Source: Eledone cirrhosa (Eukaryota). From it: DNA of 64,000 bases. The DNA lies in contig OZ024740.1 in the NCBI GenBank assembly GCA_964016885.1, forward strand, positions 8,246,001 to 8,310,000, in the 5' to 3' direction. The notes beneath the pieces are model-generated. The model worked only from the letters and a program-made list of their open reading frames with translations, had not been told where the DNA came from and made no database searches. This document shows, piece after piece, positions 11,432 through 24,513 of the stretch. Both the position numbers and the translations under genes were made by a program. How positions within the stretch are numbered: the first letter of the stretch is position 1; every line of letters begins with the position of its first letter.

Positions 11432-14258
11432 ATCAGTTTCTATTGGTATGTCAGTTTCAATTAGTATATCAGTTTCTATTGGTATGTCAGTTTCAATTAG
11501 TATATCAGTTTCTATTGGTATGTCAGTTTCGATTGGTATATCAGTTTCGATTGGTATGTCAGTTTCTATTGGTATATCAGTTTCTATTGGTATGTCAGTA
11601 TTGATTGGTATATCAGTTTTGATTGGTATGTCAGTTTCGATTGGTATGTCAGTTTCGATTGGTATATCAGTTTCGATTGATATATCAGTTTCGATTAGTA
11701 TATCAGTTCCTATTGCTATATCAGTTTCTATTGGTATGTCAGTTTCAATTAGTATATTAGTTTCGATTGGTATGACAATTTCAATTAGTATATCAGTTTC
11801 TATTGGTATATCAGTTTCGATTGGTATATCAGTTTCGATTGGTATATCAGTTTCGATTGGTATGTCAGTTTCTATTGGTATTTCAGTTTCTATGCGTATG
11901 TCAGTTTTGATTGGTATGTCAGTTTCGATTGGTATGTCAGTTTCGATTGGTATATCAGTTCCGATTGGTATGTCAGTTTCGATTGGTATGTCAGTTTCGA
12001 TTGGTATATCAGTTTTGATTAGTATGTCAGTTTCGATTGGTACGTCAATTTCGATTGGTATATCAGTTTCGATTAGTATGTCAGTTTCTATTGGTATGTT
12101 AGTTTCGATTGGTATATCACTTTCTATTGGTATGTCAGTTTCGATTGGTATGTCTGTTTCTATTGATATATCAGTTTTGATTTGTATATCAGTTTTGATT
12201 GTTATATCAGTTTCGATTGGTATGTCAGTTTCTATTGGTATATCAGTTTCGATTGGTATGTCAGTTTCAATTAGTATATCAGTTTCTATTGGTATGTCAG
12301 TTTCGATTGGTATGTTAGTCCTCGAATTGAATGTCAGTTTCCATTGGTATATCAGTTTCTATTGGTATGTCAGTTTTGATTACTATATCAGTTTCGATTG
12401 GTATATCAGTTTCGATTGGTATGTCAGTTTCTATTGGTATATCAGTTTCGATTGGTATGTCAGTTTCTATTGGTATATCAGTTTCTATTGGTATGTCAGT
12501 TTTGATTGGTATGTCAGTTTCGATTGGTATATCAGTTTCGATTGGTATGTCAGTTTCTATTGGTATATCAGTTTCGATTGGCATGTCAGTTTCGATTGGT
12601 ATGTCAGTTTCGATTGGTATGTCAGTTTCGATTAGTATATCAGTCTCTATTGGTATATCAGTTTCGATTGATATATCAGTTTTGATTAGTATATCAGTTT
12701 CTACTGGTATGTCAGTTTCGATTAGTATATCAGTTTCTATTGGTAGATCAGTTTCTATTGGTATGTCAGTTTAGATTAGTATATCAGTTTCGATTGGTAT
12801 ATCAGTTCCGATTGGTATGTCAGTTTTGATTGGTATATCAGTTTCTATTGGTATGTCAGGTTTGATTGGTATATCATTTTCGATTATTATGTCAGTTTCG
12901 ATTGGTATGTCAGTTTCGATTGGTATATCAGTTCCGATTGGTATGTCAGTTTTGATTGGTATATCAGTTTCTATTGGTGTATCAGTTTCGATTGGTATAT
13001 CAGTTTCGATTGTTACATCAGTTTCGATTGGTATATCAGTTTCGACTGGTATGTCAGTTTCGATTAGTATATCAGTTTCTATTGGTATGTTAGCTTCTAT
13101 TGTTATATCAGTTTCGATTGGTATATCAGTTTCGATTAGTATGTCAGTTTCTATTAGTATGTTAGTTTTGATTAGTATATCAGTTTCTATTAGTATGTCA
13201 GTTTCGAATAGTATGTCAGTTTCTATTCATATATCAGTTTCGATTGGTATATCAGTTTCTATTGGTATGTCAGTTTTGATCGGTATATCAGTTTCTATTG
13301 GTATGTCAGTTTCAATTAATATATCAGTTTCTATTGGTATGTCAGTTTCAATTAGTATATCAGTTTCTATTGGTATGTCAGTTTCGATTGGTATGTTAGT
13401 CCTCAAATTGAATGTCAGTTTCCTTTGGTATATCAGTTTCTATTGGTATGTCAGTTTTGATTAGTATATCAGTTTCGATTGGTATATCAGTTTCGATTGG
13501 TATGTCAGTTTCTATTGGTATATCAGTTTCTATTGGTATGTCAGTTTTGATTGGTATATCAGTTTTGATTGGTATGTTAGTTTCGATTGGTATGTCAGTT
13601 TCGATTGGTATATCAGTTTCGATTGATATATCAGTTTCGATTAGTATATCAGTTCCTATTGCTATATCAGTTTCTATTGGTATGTCAGTTTCAATTAGAA
13701 TATTAGTTTCGATTGGTATGACAATTTCAATTAGTATATCAGTTTCTATTGGTATATCAGTTTCGATTGGTATATCAGTTTCGATTGGTATATCAGTTTC
13801 GATTGGTATGTCAGTTTCTATTGGTATTTCAGTTTCTATTGTTATGTCAGTTTCTATTGGTATGTCAGTTTCGATTGGTATGTCAGTTTCGATTGGTATA
13901 TCAGTTTCGATTGGTATGTCTGTTTCGATTGGTACGTCAATTTCGATTGGTATATCAGTTTCGATTAGTATGTCAGTTTCTATTGGTATATCAGTTTCGA
14001 TTGGTATATCAGTTTCGATTGGTATGTCAGTTTCTATTGGTATTTCAGTTTCTATTGTTATGTCAGTTTCTATTGGTATATCAGTTTCGATTGGTATGTC
14101 TGTTTCTATTGATATATCAGTTTTGATTTGTATATCAGTTTTGATTGTTATATCAGTTTCGATTGGTATGTCAGTTTCTATTGGTATATCAGTTTCTATT
14201 GGTATGTCAGTTTTGATTAGTATATCTGTTTTGAATGGTATGTCAGTTTCGATTGGTA

Positions 14259-15714
14259 TGTGAAAGCGGTACAAGCCATGTATAGGGGAGCAGTCAGCAA
14301 AGTTAGGATTGGCAATGAGTATAGCGAGGAATTTAGCGTACAGGTTGGGGTCCACCAGGGCTCTGTTCTTAGCCCTCTCCTGTTCATCATAGTCCTGCAG
14401 GCAATAACGGAGGAGTTTAAGACCGGATGCCCATGGGAACTCCTGTATGCTGATGACCTCGCACTCATAGCTGAATCTATGGTAGAACTAGAGAATAAAT
14501 TCCAAACCTGGAAGCAGGGACTAGAGAGAAAGGGCCTCAAAGTCAACATGACAAAGACTAAGGTCCTTATAAGTAGACGAGAAAACAGAACCCAGATCCC
14601 CTCAGGGAAATGGCCTTGCTCAGTATGTAGGAAAGGTGTAGGTAGGAACTCCATTCTTTGCCCCAAATGCAAACAATGGGTACACAAGAGATGTAGCGGG
14701 ATCTCAGGAAGCTTAATTAAGAATGTAGGATTCACATGCAGCAGCTGTGCTGAAACAGCAAGCAAACAGCCACAGGAAACAAGTACCACCAATCTCTGGG
14801 AGGGCCCTGTAGAAACAGTAGACAGCTTCTGCTACCTAGGTGACCGAATTAGCAACGGAGGTGGGTGCTCAGAAAGTACAATAACTAGGGTAAGAACGGG
14901 ATGGAAGAAGTTTAGGGAACTACTACCACTGCTAGCTGCAAAAGGCTTCTCCCTCAGAATGAAAGGCAGACTGTATGATGCGTGTATCCGAACAGCGATG
15001 TTGCATGGTAGTGAGACCTGGGCGCTGAAGGTGGAAGACCTACGTAGATTAGAGAGAAACGAAGCCTGCATGCTCCGATGGATGTGTAACAGTAATATAC
15101 GTGAACGACAAAGCATAAATGAATTGAGAGAGAGACTGAGCATAAGAGGAATCAAATGCTGCATGCAGGAGAGGCGGTTACGCTGGTATGGACATGTGAT
15201 GCGTATGAAGGATGACAGCTGCATAAAAAGGTGCAGAGCACTAGAAGTTGATTGAAACCGCGGAGTGGGGAGACCCAAGATGACTTGGGATGAGGTGATA
15301 AAAGCCGACCTTACCCAACTACACCTCTCAAAGTCAATGACACACGACCGTGACTTCTGGCGTCACGCAGTAATACAGGGTACCCGACCTCCCATGGGTA
15401 CATGCTGAAGCATATAAACAATATGCCCCCCCCCCCCCACCGCAAGGTGGTCGTGGAGGTGCCACGGCAAAAAAAGCACCCAGCCCACACTGTAAAGTGG
15501 ACGTGTAGGCGCCACGAAAAAGCACCCAGCACTCACTGTAAATGAGGTTGGTGTTAGGAAGGGCATCCAGCTGTAGAAATCAAGCCAGATCAGTTCCTGT
15601 ATGACCAAGGCATGGTCAGCCGACCAGACACTGCCCACAACAGGACAACCCGTCTAACCCATGCTAGCGTGGAAGAACGGACGTAAAACGGTGATGATGA
15701 TGATGATGATGATG
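14259..15714 (+). mobile_element. RTE-like LINE subfamily A, copy A3: 5'-truncated (~1.45 kb), with a premature stop
   Basis: Near-identical to 9977-11431 apart from a few substitutions and homopolymer lengths. GGA>TGA at 15253-15255. TGT microhomology at the 5' junction and ATGT on both sides. Confidence 0.95.
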
Positions 15715-18700
15715 TCAGTTTCTATTGGTATATCAGTTTCGATTGGTACGTCAGTTTCAATTAGTATATCAGTTTCTATTGGTATGTCAGTTTCGATTGG
15801 TATGTTAGTCCTCGAATTGAATGTCAGTTTCCATTGGTATATCAGTTTCTATTGGTATGTCAGTTTTGATTACTATATCAGTTTCGATTGGTATATCAGT
15901 TTCGATTGGTATGTCAGTTTCTATTGGTATATCAGTTTCGATTGGTATGTCAGTTTCTATTGGTATGTCAGTTTTGATTGGTATGTCAGTTTCGATTGGT
16001 ATATCAGTTTCGATTGGTATGTCAGTTTCTATTGGTATATCAGTTTCGATTGGTATGTCAGTTTCGATTGGTATGTCAGTTTCGATTGGTATGTCAGTTT
16101 CGATTAGTATATCAGTTTCTATTGGTATATCAGTTTCGATTGATATATCAGTTTTGATTAGTATATCAGTTTCTACTGGTATGTCAGTTTCGATTAGTAT
16201 ATCAGTTTCTATTGGTATATCAGTTTCTATTGGTATGTCAGTTTAGATTAGTATATCAGTTTCGATTGGTATATCAGTTCCGATTGGTATGTCAGTTTTG
16301 ATTGGTATATCAGTTTCTATTGGTATGTCAGGTTTGATTGGTATATCATTTTCGATTATTATGTCAGTTTCGATTGGTATGTCAGTTTCGATTGGTATAT
16401 CAGTTCCGATTGGTATGTCAGTTTTGATTGGTATATCAGTTTCTATTGGTGTATCAGTTTCGATTGGTATATCAGTTTCGATTGTTACATCAGTTTCGAT
16501 TGGTATATCAGTTTCGACTGGTATGTCAGTTTCGATTAGTATATCAGTTTCTATTGGTATGTTAGTTTCTATTGTTATATCAGTTTCGATTGGTATATCA
16601 GTTTCGATTAGTATGTCAGTTTCTATTAGTATGTTAGTTTTGATTAGTATATCAGTTTCTATTAGCATGTCAGTTTCGAATAGTATGTCAGTTTCTATTC
16701 ATATATCAGTTTCGATTGGTATAGCAGTTTCTATTGGTATGTCAGTTTTGATCGGTATATCAGTTTCTATTGGTATGTCAGTTTCAATTAATATATCAGT
16801 TTCTATTGGTATGTCAGTTTCAATTAGTATATCAGTTTCTATTGGTATGTCAGTTTCGATTGGTATGTTAGTCCTCAAATTGAATGTCAGTTTCCTTTGG
16901 TATATCAGTTTCTATTGGTATGTCAGTTTCAATTAGTATATCAGTTTCTATTGGTATATCAGTTTCGATTGGTATATCAGTTTCGATTGATATATCAGTT
17001 TCGATTGGTATGTCAGTTTCTATTGGTATTTCAGTTTCTATTGGTATGTCAGTTTTGATTGGTATGTCAGTTTCGATTGGTATGTCAGTTTCGATTGGTA
17101 TATCTGTTCCGATTGGTATGTCAGTTTCGATTGGTATGTCAGTTTCGATTGGTATATCAGTTTCGATTGGTATGTCAGTTTCGATTGGTACGTCAATTTC
17201 GATTGGTATATCAGTTTCGATTAGTATGTCAGTTTCTATTGGTATGTTAGTTTCGATTAGTATATCACTTTCTATTGGTATGTCAGTTTCGATTGGTATG
17301 TCTGTTTCTATTGATATATCAGTTTTGATTTGTATATCAGTTTTGATTGTTATATCAGTTTCGATTGGTATGTCAGTTTCTATTGGTATATCAGTTTCTA
17401 TTGGTATGTCAGTTTCGATTAGTATATCAGTTTTGAATGGTATGTCAGTTTCGATTGGTATGTCAGTTTCGATTGGTATATCAGTTCCGATTGGTACGTC
17501 AATTTCAATAAGTATATTAGTTTCTATTGGTATGTCAGTTTCAATTAATATATCAGTTTCTATTGGTATGTCAGTTTCAATTAGTATATCAGTTTCTATT
17601 GGTACGTCAGTTTCAATTAGTATATCAGTTTCTATTGGTATGTCAGTTTCGATTGGTATGTTAGTCCTCGAATTGAATGTCAGTTTCCATTGGTATATCA
17701 GTTTCTATTGGTATGTCAGTATTGATTACTATATCAGTTTCGATTGGTATATCAGTTTCGATTGGTATGTCAGTTTCTATTGGTATATCAGTTTCGATTG
17801 GTATGTCAGTTTCTATTGGTATATCAGTTTCTATTGGTATTTCAGTTTTGATTGGTATGTCAGTTTCGATTGGTATATCAGTTTCGATTGGTATGTCAGT
17901 TTCTATTGGTATATCAGTTTCGATTAGTATATCAGTTTCTACTGGTATGTCAGTTTCGATTAGTATATCAGTTTCTATTGGTATATCAGTTTCTATTGGT
18001 ATGTCAGTTTAGATTAGTATATCAGTTTCGATTGGTATATCAGTTCCGATTGGTATGTCAGTTTTGATTGGTATATCAGTTTCTATTGGTATATCAGTTT
18101 CGATTGGTATATCAGTTTCGATTGTTATATCTGTTTCGATTGGTATATCAGTTTCAACAGGTATGTCAGTTTCGATTAGTATATCAGTTTCTATTGGTAT
18201 GTTAGTTTCTATTGATATATCAGCTTCGATTGGTATATCAGTTTCTATTAGTATGTCAGTTTCGATTGGTATGTCAGTTTCTATTCATATATCAGTTTCG
18301 ATTGGTATATCAGTTTCGATTGGTATATCAGTTTTGATTGGTATGTCAGTTTCTATTGGTATATCAGTTTCTATTGGTATGTCAGTTTTGATTGGTATAT
18401 CAGTTTCGATTGGTATGTCAGTTTCGATTGGTATGTCAGTTTCGATTGGTATGTCAGTTTCGATTGGTTTGTCAGTTTCGACTGGTATATCAGTTTCGAT
18501 TGGTATGTCAGTTTCGATTGGTATGTCAATTTCGATTGGTATATCAGTTTCGATTAGTATGTCAGTTTCTATTGGTATGTTAGTTTCGATTGGTATATCA
18601 CTTTCTATTGGTATGTCAGTTTCGATTGGTATGTCTGTTTCTATTGATATATCAGTTTCTATTGGTATGTCAGTTTTGATTGGTATATCAGTTTCGATTG

Positions 18701-21700
18701 GTATGTCAGTTTCTATTGGTATATCAGTTTCTATTGGTATGTCAGTTTTGATTGGTATATCAGTTTTGAATGGTATGTCAGTTTCAATTGGTATGTCAGT
18801 TTTGATTGGTATATCAGTTTTGAATGGTATGTCAGTTTCTATTGGTATGTCAGTTTCAATTAATATATCAGTTTCTATTGGTATGTCAGTTTCAATTAGT
18901 ATATCAGTTTCTATTGGTATATCAGTCTCTATTGGTATGTCAGTTTTGATTGGTATATCAGTTTCGATTGGTATGTCAGTTTCGATTGGTATGTCAGTTT
19001 CTATTGGTATATCAGTTTCGATTGATATATCAGTTTCGATTAGTATATCAGTTTCTACTGGTATGTCAGTTCCGATTAGTATATCAGTTTCTATTGGTAT
19101 GTCAGTTTCAGTTGGTATGTAAGTTTCGATTGGTACATCCGTTTCGATGGGTATGTCAGTTTCAATTAGTATATTAGTTTCGATTGGTATGTCAATTTCA
19201 ATTAGTATATCAGTTTCTATTGGTATATCAGTTTCGATTGGTATGTCAGTTTCGATTGGTATATCAGTTTCGACTGGTATGTCCGTTTCGATTAGTATGT
19301 CAGTTTCAATTGGTATGTTAGTTCCTATTGGTATATCAGTTTCGATTGGTATATCAGTTTCGATTAGTATGTCAGTTTCTATTAGTATGTTAGTTTCGAT
19401 TAGTATATCAGTTTCTATTCGTATGTCAGTTTCTATTGGTATATCAGTTTCTATTGGTATGTCAGTTTAGATTAGTATATCAGTTTCGATTGGTATATCA
19501 GTTCCGATTGGTATGTCAGTTTTGATTGGTATATCAGTTTCTATTGGTATATCAGTTTCGATTGGTATATCAGTTTCGATTGTTATATCAGTTTCGATTG
19601 GTATATCAGTTTCAACAGGTATGTCAGTTTCGATTAGTATATCAGTTTCTATTGGTATGTTAGTTTCTATTGATATATCAGTTTCGATTGGTATATCAGT
19701 TTCTATTAGTATGTCAGTTTCGATTGGTATGTCAGTTTCTATTCATATATCAGTTTCGATTGGTATATCAGTTTCGATTGGTATATCAGTTTTGATTGGT
19801 ATGTCAGTTTCTATTGGTATATCAGTTTCTATTGGTATGTCAGTTTTGATTGGTATATCAGTTTCGATTGGTATGTCAGTTTCGATTGGTATGTCAGTTT
19901 CGATTGGTATGTCAGTTTCGATTGGTTTGTCAGTTTCGACTGGTATATCAGTTTCGATTGGTATGTCAGTTTCGATTGGTATGTCAATTTCGATTGGTAT
20001 ATCACTTTCTATTGGTATCTCAGTTTCGATTCGTATGTCAGTTTCGATTGATATGTCAGTTTCGATTGGTTTGTCAGTTTCGACTGGTATATCAGTTTCG
20101 ATTAGTATGTCAGTTTCTATTGGTATGTTAGTTTCGATTGGTATATCACTTTCTATTGGTATGTCAGTTTCGATTGGTATGTCTGTTTCTATTGATATAT
20201 CAGTTTCGATTGGTATATCAGTTTTGATTGGTATATCAGTTTCGATTGGTATGTCAGTTTCTATTGGTATATCAGTTTCTATTGGTATGTCAGTTTTGAT
20301 TGGTATATCAGTTTTGAATGGTATGTCAGTTTCAATTGGTATGTCAGTTTTGATTGGTATATCAGTTTTGAATGGTATGTCAGTTTCTATTGGTATGTCA
20401 GTTTCAATTAATATATCAGTTTCTATTGGTATGTCAGTTTCAATTAGTATATCAGTTTCTATTGGTATATCAGTTTCTATTGGTATGTCAGTTTTGATTA
20501 CTATATCAGTCTCGATTGATATATCAGTTTCGATTGGTATGTCAGTTTCTATAGGTATATCAGTTTCTATTGGTATGTCAGTTTTGATTGGTATATCAGT
20601 TTTGAATGGTATGTCAGTTTCAATTGGTATGTCAGTTTTGATTGGTATATCAGTTTTGAATGGTATGTCAGTTTCTATTGGTATGTCAGTTTCAATTAAT
20701 ATATCAGTTTCTATTGGTATGTCAGTTTCAATTAGTATATCAGTTTCTATTGGTATATCAGTCTCTATTGGTATGTCAGTTTTGATTGGTATATCAGTTT
20801 CGATTGGTATGTCAGTTTCGATTGGTATGTCAGTTTCTATTGGTATATCAGTTTCGATTGATATATCAGTTTCGATTAGTATATCAGTTTCTACTGGTAT
20901 GTCAGTTCCGATTAGTATATCAGTTTCTATTGGTATGTCAGTTTCAGTTGGTATGTAAGTTTCGATTGGTACATCCGTTTCGATGGGTATGTCAGTTTCA
21001 ATTAGTATATTAGTTTCGATTGGTATGTCAATTTCAATTAGTATATCAGTTTCTATTGGTATATCAGTTTCGATTGGTATGTCAGTTTCGATTGGTATAT
21101 CAGTTTCGACTGGTATGTCCGTTTCGATTAGTATGTCAGTTTCAATTGGTATGTTAGTTCCTATTGGTATATCAGTTTCGATTGGTATATCAGTTTCGAT
21201 TAGTATGTCAGTTTCTATTAGTATGTTAGTTTCGATTAGTATATCAGTTTCTATTCGTATGTCAGTTTCTATTGGTATATCAGTTTCTATTGGTATGTCA
21301 GTTTAGATTAGTATATCAGTTTCGATTGGTATATCAGTTCCGATTGGTATGTCAGTTTTGATTGGTATATCAGTTTCTATTGGTATATCAGTTTCGATTG
21401 GTATATCAGTTTCGATTGTTATATCAGTTTCGATTGGTATATCAGTTTCAACAGGTATGTCAGTTTCGATTAGTATATCAGTTTCTATTGGTATGTTAGT
21501 TTCTATTGATATATCAGTTTCGATTGGTATATCAGTTTCTATTAGTATGTCAGTTTCGATTGGTATGTCAGTTTCTATTCATATATCAGTTTCGATTGGT
21601 ATATCAGTTTCGATTGGTATATCAGTTTTGATTGGTATGTCAGTTTCTATTGGTATATCAGTTTCTATTGGTATGTCAGTTTTGATTGGTATATCAGTTT

Positions 21701-23510
21701 CGATTGGTATGTCAGTTTCGACTGGTATGTCAGTTTCGATTGGTATGTCAGTTTCGATTGGTTTGTCAGTTTCGACTGGTATATCAGTTTCGATTGGTAT
21801 GTCAGTTTCGATTGGTATGTCAATTTCGATTGGTATATCACTTTCTATTGGTATGTCAGTTTCGATTCGTATGTCAGTTTCGATTGATATGTCAGTTTCG
21901 ATTGGTTTGTCAGTTTCGACTGGTATATCAGTTTCGATTAGTATGTCAGTTTCTATTGGTATGTTAGTTTCGATTGGTATATCACTTTCTATTGGTATGT
22001 CAGTTTCGATTGGTATGTCTGTTTCTATTGATATATCAGTTTCGATTGGTATATCAGTTTTGATTGGTATATCAGTTTCGATTGGTATGTCAGTTTCTAT
22101 TGGTATATCAGTTTCTATTGGTATGTCAGTTTTGATTGGTATATCAGTTTTGAATGGTATGTCAGTTTCAATTGGTATGTCAGTTTTGATTGGTATATCA
22201 GTTTTGAATGGTATGTCAGTTTCTATTGGTATGTCAGTTTCAATTAATATATCAGTTTCTATTGGTATGTCAGTTTCAATTAGTATATCAGTTTCTATTG
22301 GTATATCAGTTTCTATTGGTATGTCAGTTTTGATTACTATATCAGTCTCGATTGATATATCAGTTTCGATTGGTATGTCAGTTTCTATAGGTATATCAGT
22401 TTCTATTGGTATGTCAGTTTTGATTGGTATATCAGTTTCGATTGGTATGTCAGTGTCGATTGGTATGTCAGTTTCTATTGGTATATCAGTTTCGATTGAT
22501 ATATCAGTTTCGATTAGTATATCAGTTTCTACTGGTACGTCAGTTCCGATTAGTATATCAGTTTCTATTGGTATGTCAGTTTCAGTTGGTATGTAAGTTT
22601 CGATTGGTACATCCGTTTCGATGGGTATGTCAGTTTCAATTAGTATATTAGTTTCGATTGGTATGTCAATTTCAATTAGTATATCAGTTTCTATTGGTAT
22701 ATCAGTTTCGATTGGTATGTCAGTTTCGATTGGTATATCAGTTTCGACTGGTATGTCCGTTTCGATTAGTATGTCAGTTTCAAATGGTATGTTAGTTCCT
22801 ATTGGTATATCAGTTTCGATTGGTATATCAGTTTCGATTAGTATGTCAGTTTCTATTAGTATGTTAGTTTCGATTAGTATATCAGTTTCTATTCGTATGT
22901 CAGTTTCTATTGGTATATCAGTTTCTATTGGTATGTCAGTTTAGACTAGTATATCAGTTTCGATTGGTATATCAGTTCCGATTGGTATGTCAGTTTTGAT
23001 TGGTATATCAGTTTCTATTGGTATATCAGTTTCGATTGGTATATCAGTTTCGATTGTTATATCAGTTTCGATTGGTATATCAGTTTCAACACGTATGTCA
23101 GTTTCGATTAGTATATCAGTTTCTATTGGTATGTTAGTTTCTATTGATATATCAGCTTCGATTGGTATATCAGTTTCTATTAGTATGTCAGTTTCGATTG
23201 GTATGTCAGTTTCTATTCATATATCAGTTTCGATTGGTATATCTGTTTCGATTGGTATATCAGTTTTGATTGGTATGTCAGTTTCTATTGGTATATCAGT
23301 TTCTATTGGTATGTCAGTTTTGATTGGTATATCAGTTTCGATTGGTATGTCAGTTTCGATTGGTATGTCAGTTTCGATTGGTATATCAGTTCCGATTGGT
23401 ATGTCAGTTTCGATTGGTTTGTCAGTTTCGACTGGTATATCAGTTTCGATTGGTATGTCAGTTTCGATTGGTATGTCAATTTCGATTGGTATATCAGTTT
23501 CGATTAGTAT

Positions 23511-24513
23511 CATCATCATCATCATCACCGTTTTACGTCCGTTCTTCCACGCTAGCATGGGTTAGACGGGTTGTCCTGTTGTGGGCAGTGTCTGGTCGGC
23601 TGACCATGCCTTGCTCATACAGGAACTGATCTGGCTTGATTTCTACAGCTGGATGCCCTTCCTAACACCAACCTCATTTACAGTGAGTGCTGGGTGCTTT
23701 TTCGTGGCGCCTACACGTCCACTTTACAGTGTGGGCTGGGTGCTTTTTTGCCGTGACACCTCCACGACCACCTTGCGGTGGGGGGGGGGGGGGGGGGGCA
23801 TATTGTTTATATGCTTCAGCATGTACCCATGGGAGGTCGGGTACCCTGTATTACTGCGTGACGCCAGAAGTCACGGTCGTGTGTCATTGACTTTGAGAGG
23901 TGTAGTTGGGTAAGGTCGGCTTTTATCACCTCATCCCAAGTCATCTTGGGTCTCCCCACTCCGCGGTTTCCATCAACTTCTAGTGCTCTGCACCTTTTTA
24001 TGCAGCTGTCATCCTTCATACGCATCACATGTCCATACCAGCGTAACCGCCTCTCCTGCACGCAGCATTTGATTCCTCTTATGCTCAGTCTCTCTCTCAA
24101 TTCATTTATGCTTTGTCGTTCACGTATATTACTGTTACACATCCATCGGAGCATGCAGGCTTCGTTTCTCTCTAATCTACGTAAGTCTTCCACCTTCAGC
24201 GCCCAGGTCTCACTACCATGCAACATCGCTGTTCGGATACACGCATCATACAGTCTGCCTTTCATTCTGAGGGAGAAGCCTTTTGCAGCTAGCAGTGGTA
24301 GTAGTTCCCTAAACTTCTTCCATCCCGTTCTTACCCTAGTTATTGTACTTTCTGAGCACCCACCTCCGTTGCTAATTCGGTCACCTAGGTAGCAGAAGCT
24401 GACTACTGTTTCTACAGGGCCCTCCCAGAGATTGGTGGTACTTGTTTCCTGTGGCTGTTTGCTTGCTGTTTCAGCACAGCTGCTGCATGTGAATCCTACA
24501 TTCTTAATTAAGC
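23511..24513 (-). mobile_element. RTE-like LINE subfamily A, copy A4: inverted, 5'-truncated (~1.0 kb)
   Basis: (CAT)n at the left end. The reverse complement matches A2 from ~10429. 7-bp TSD TTAGTAT at 23504-23510 and 24514-24520. Confidence 0.95.
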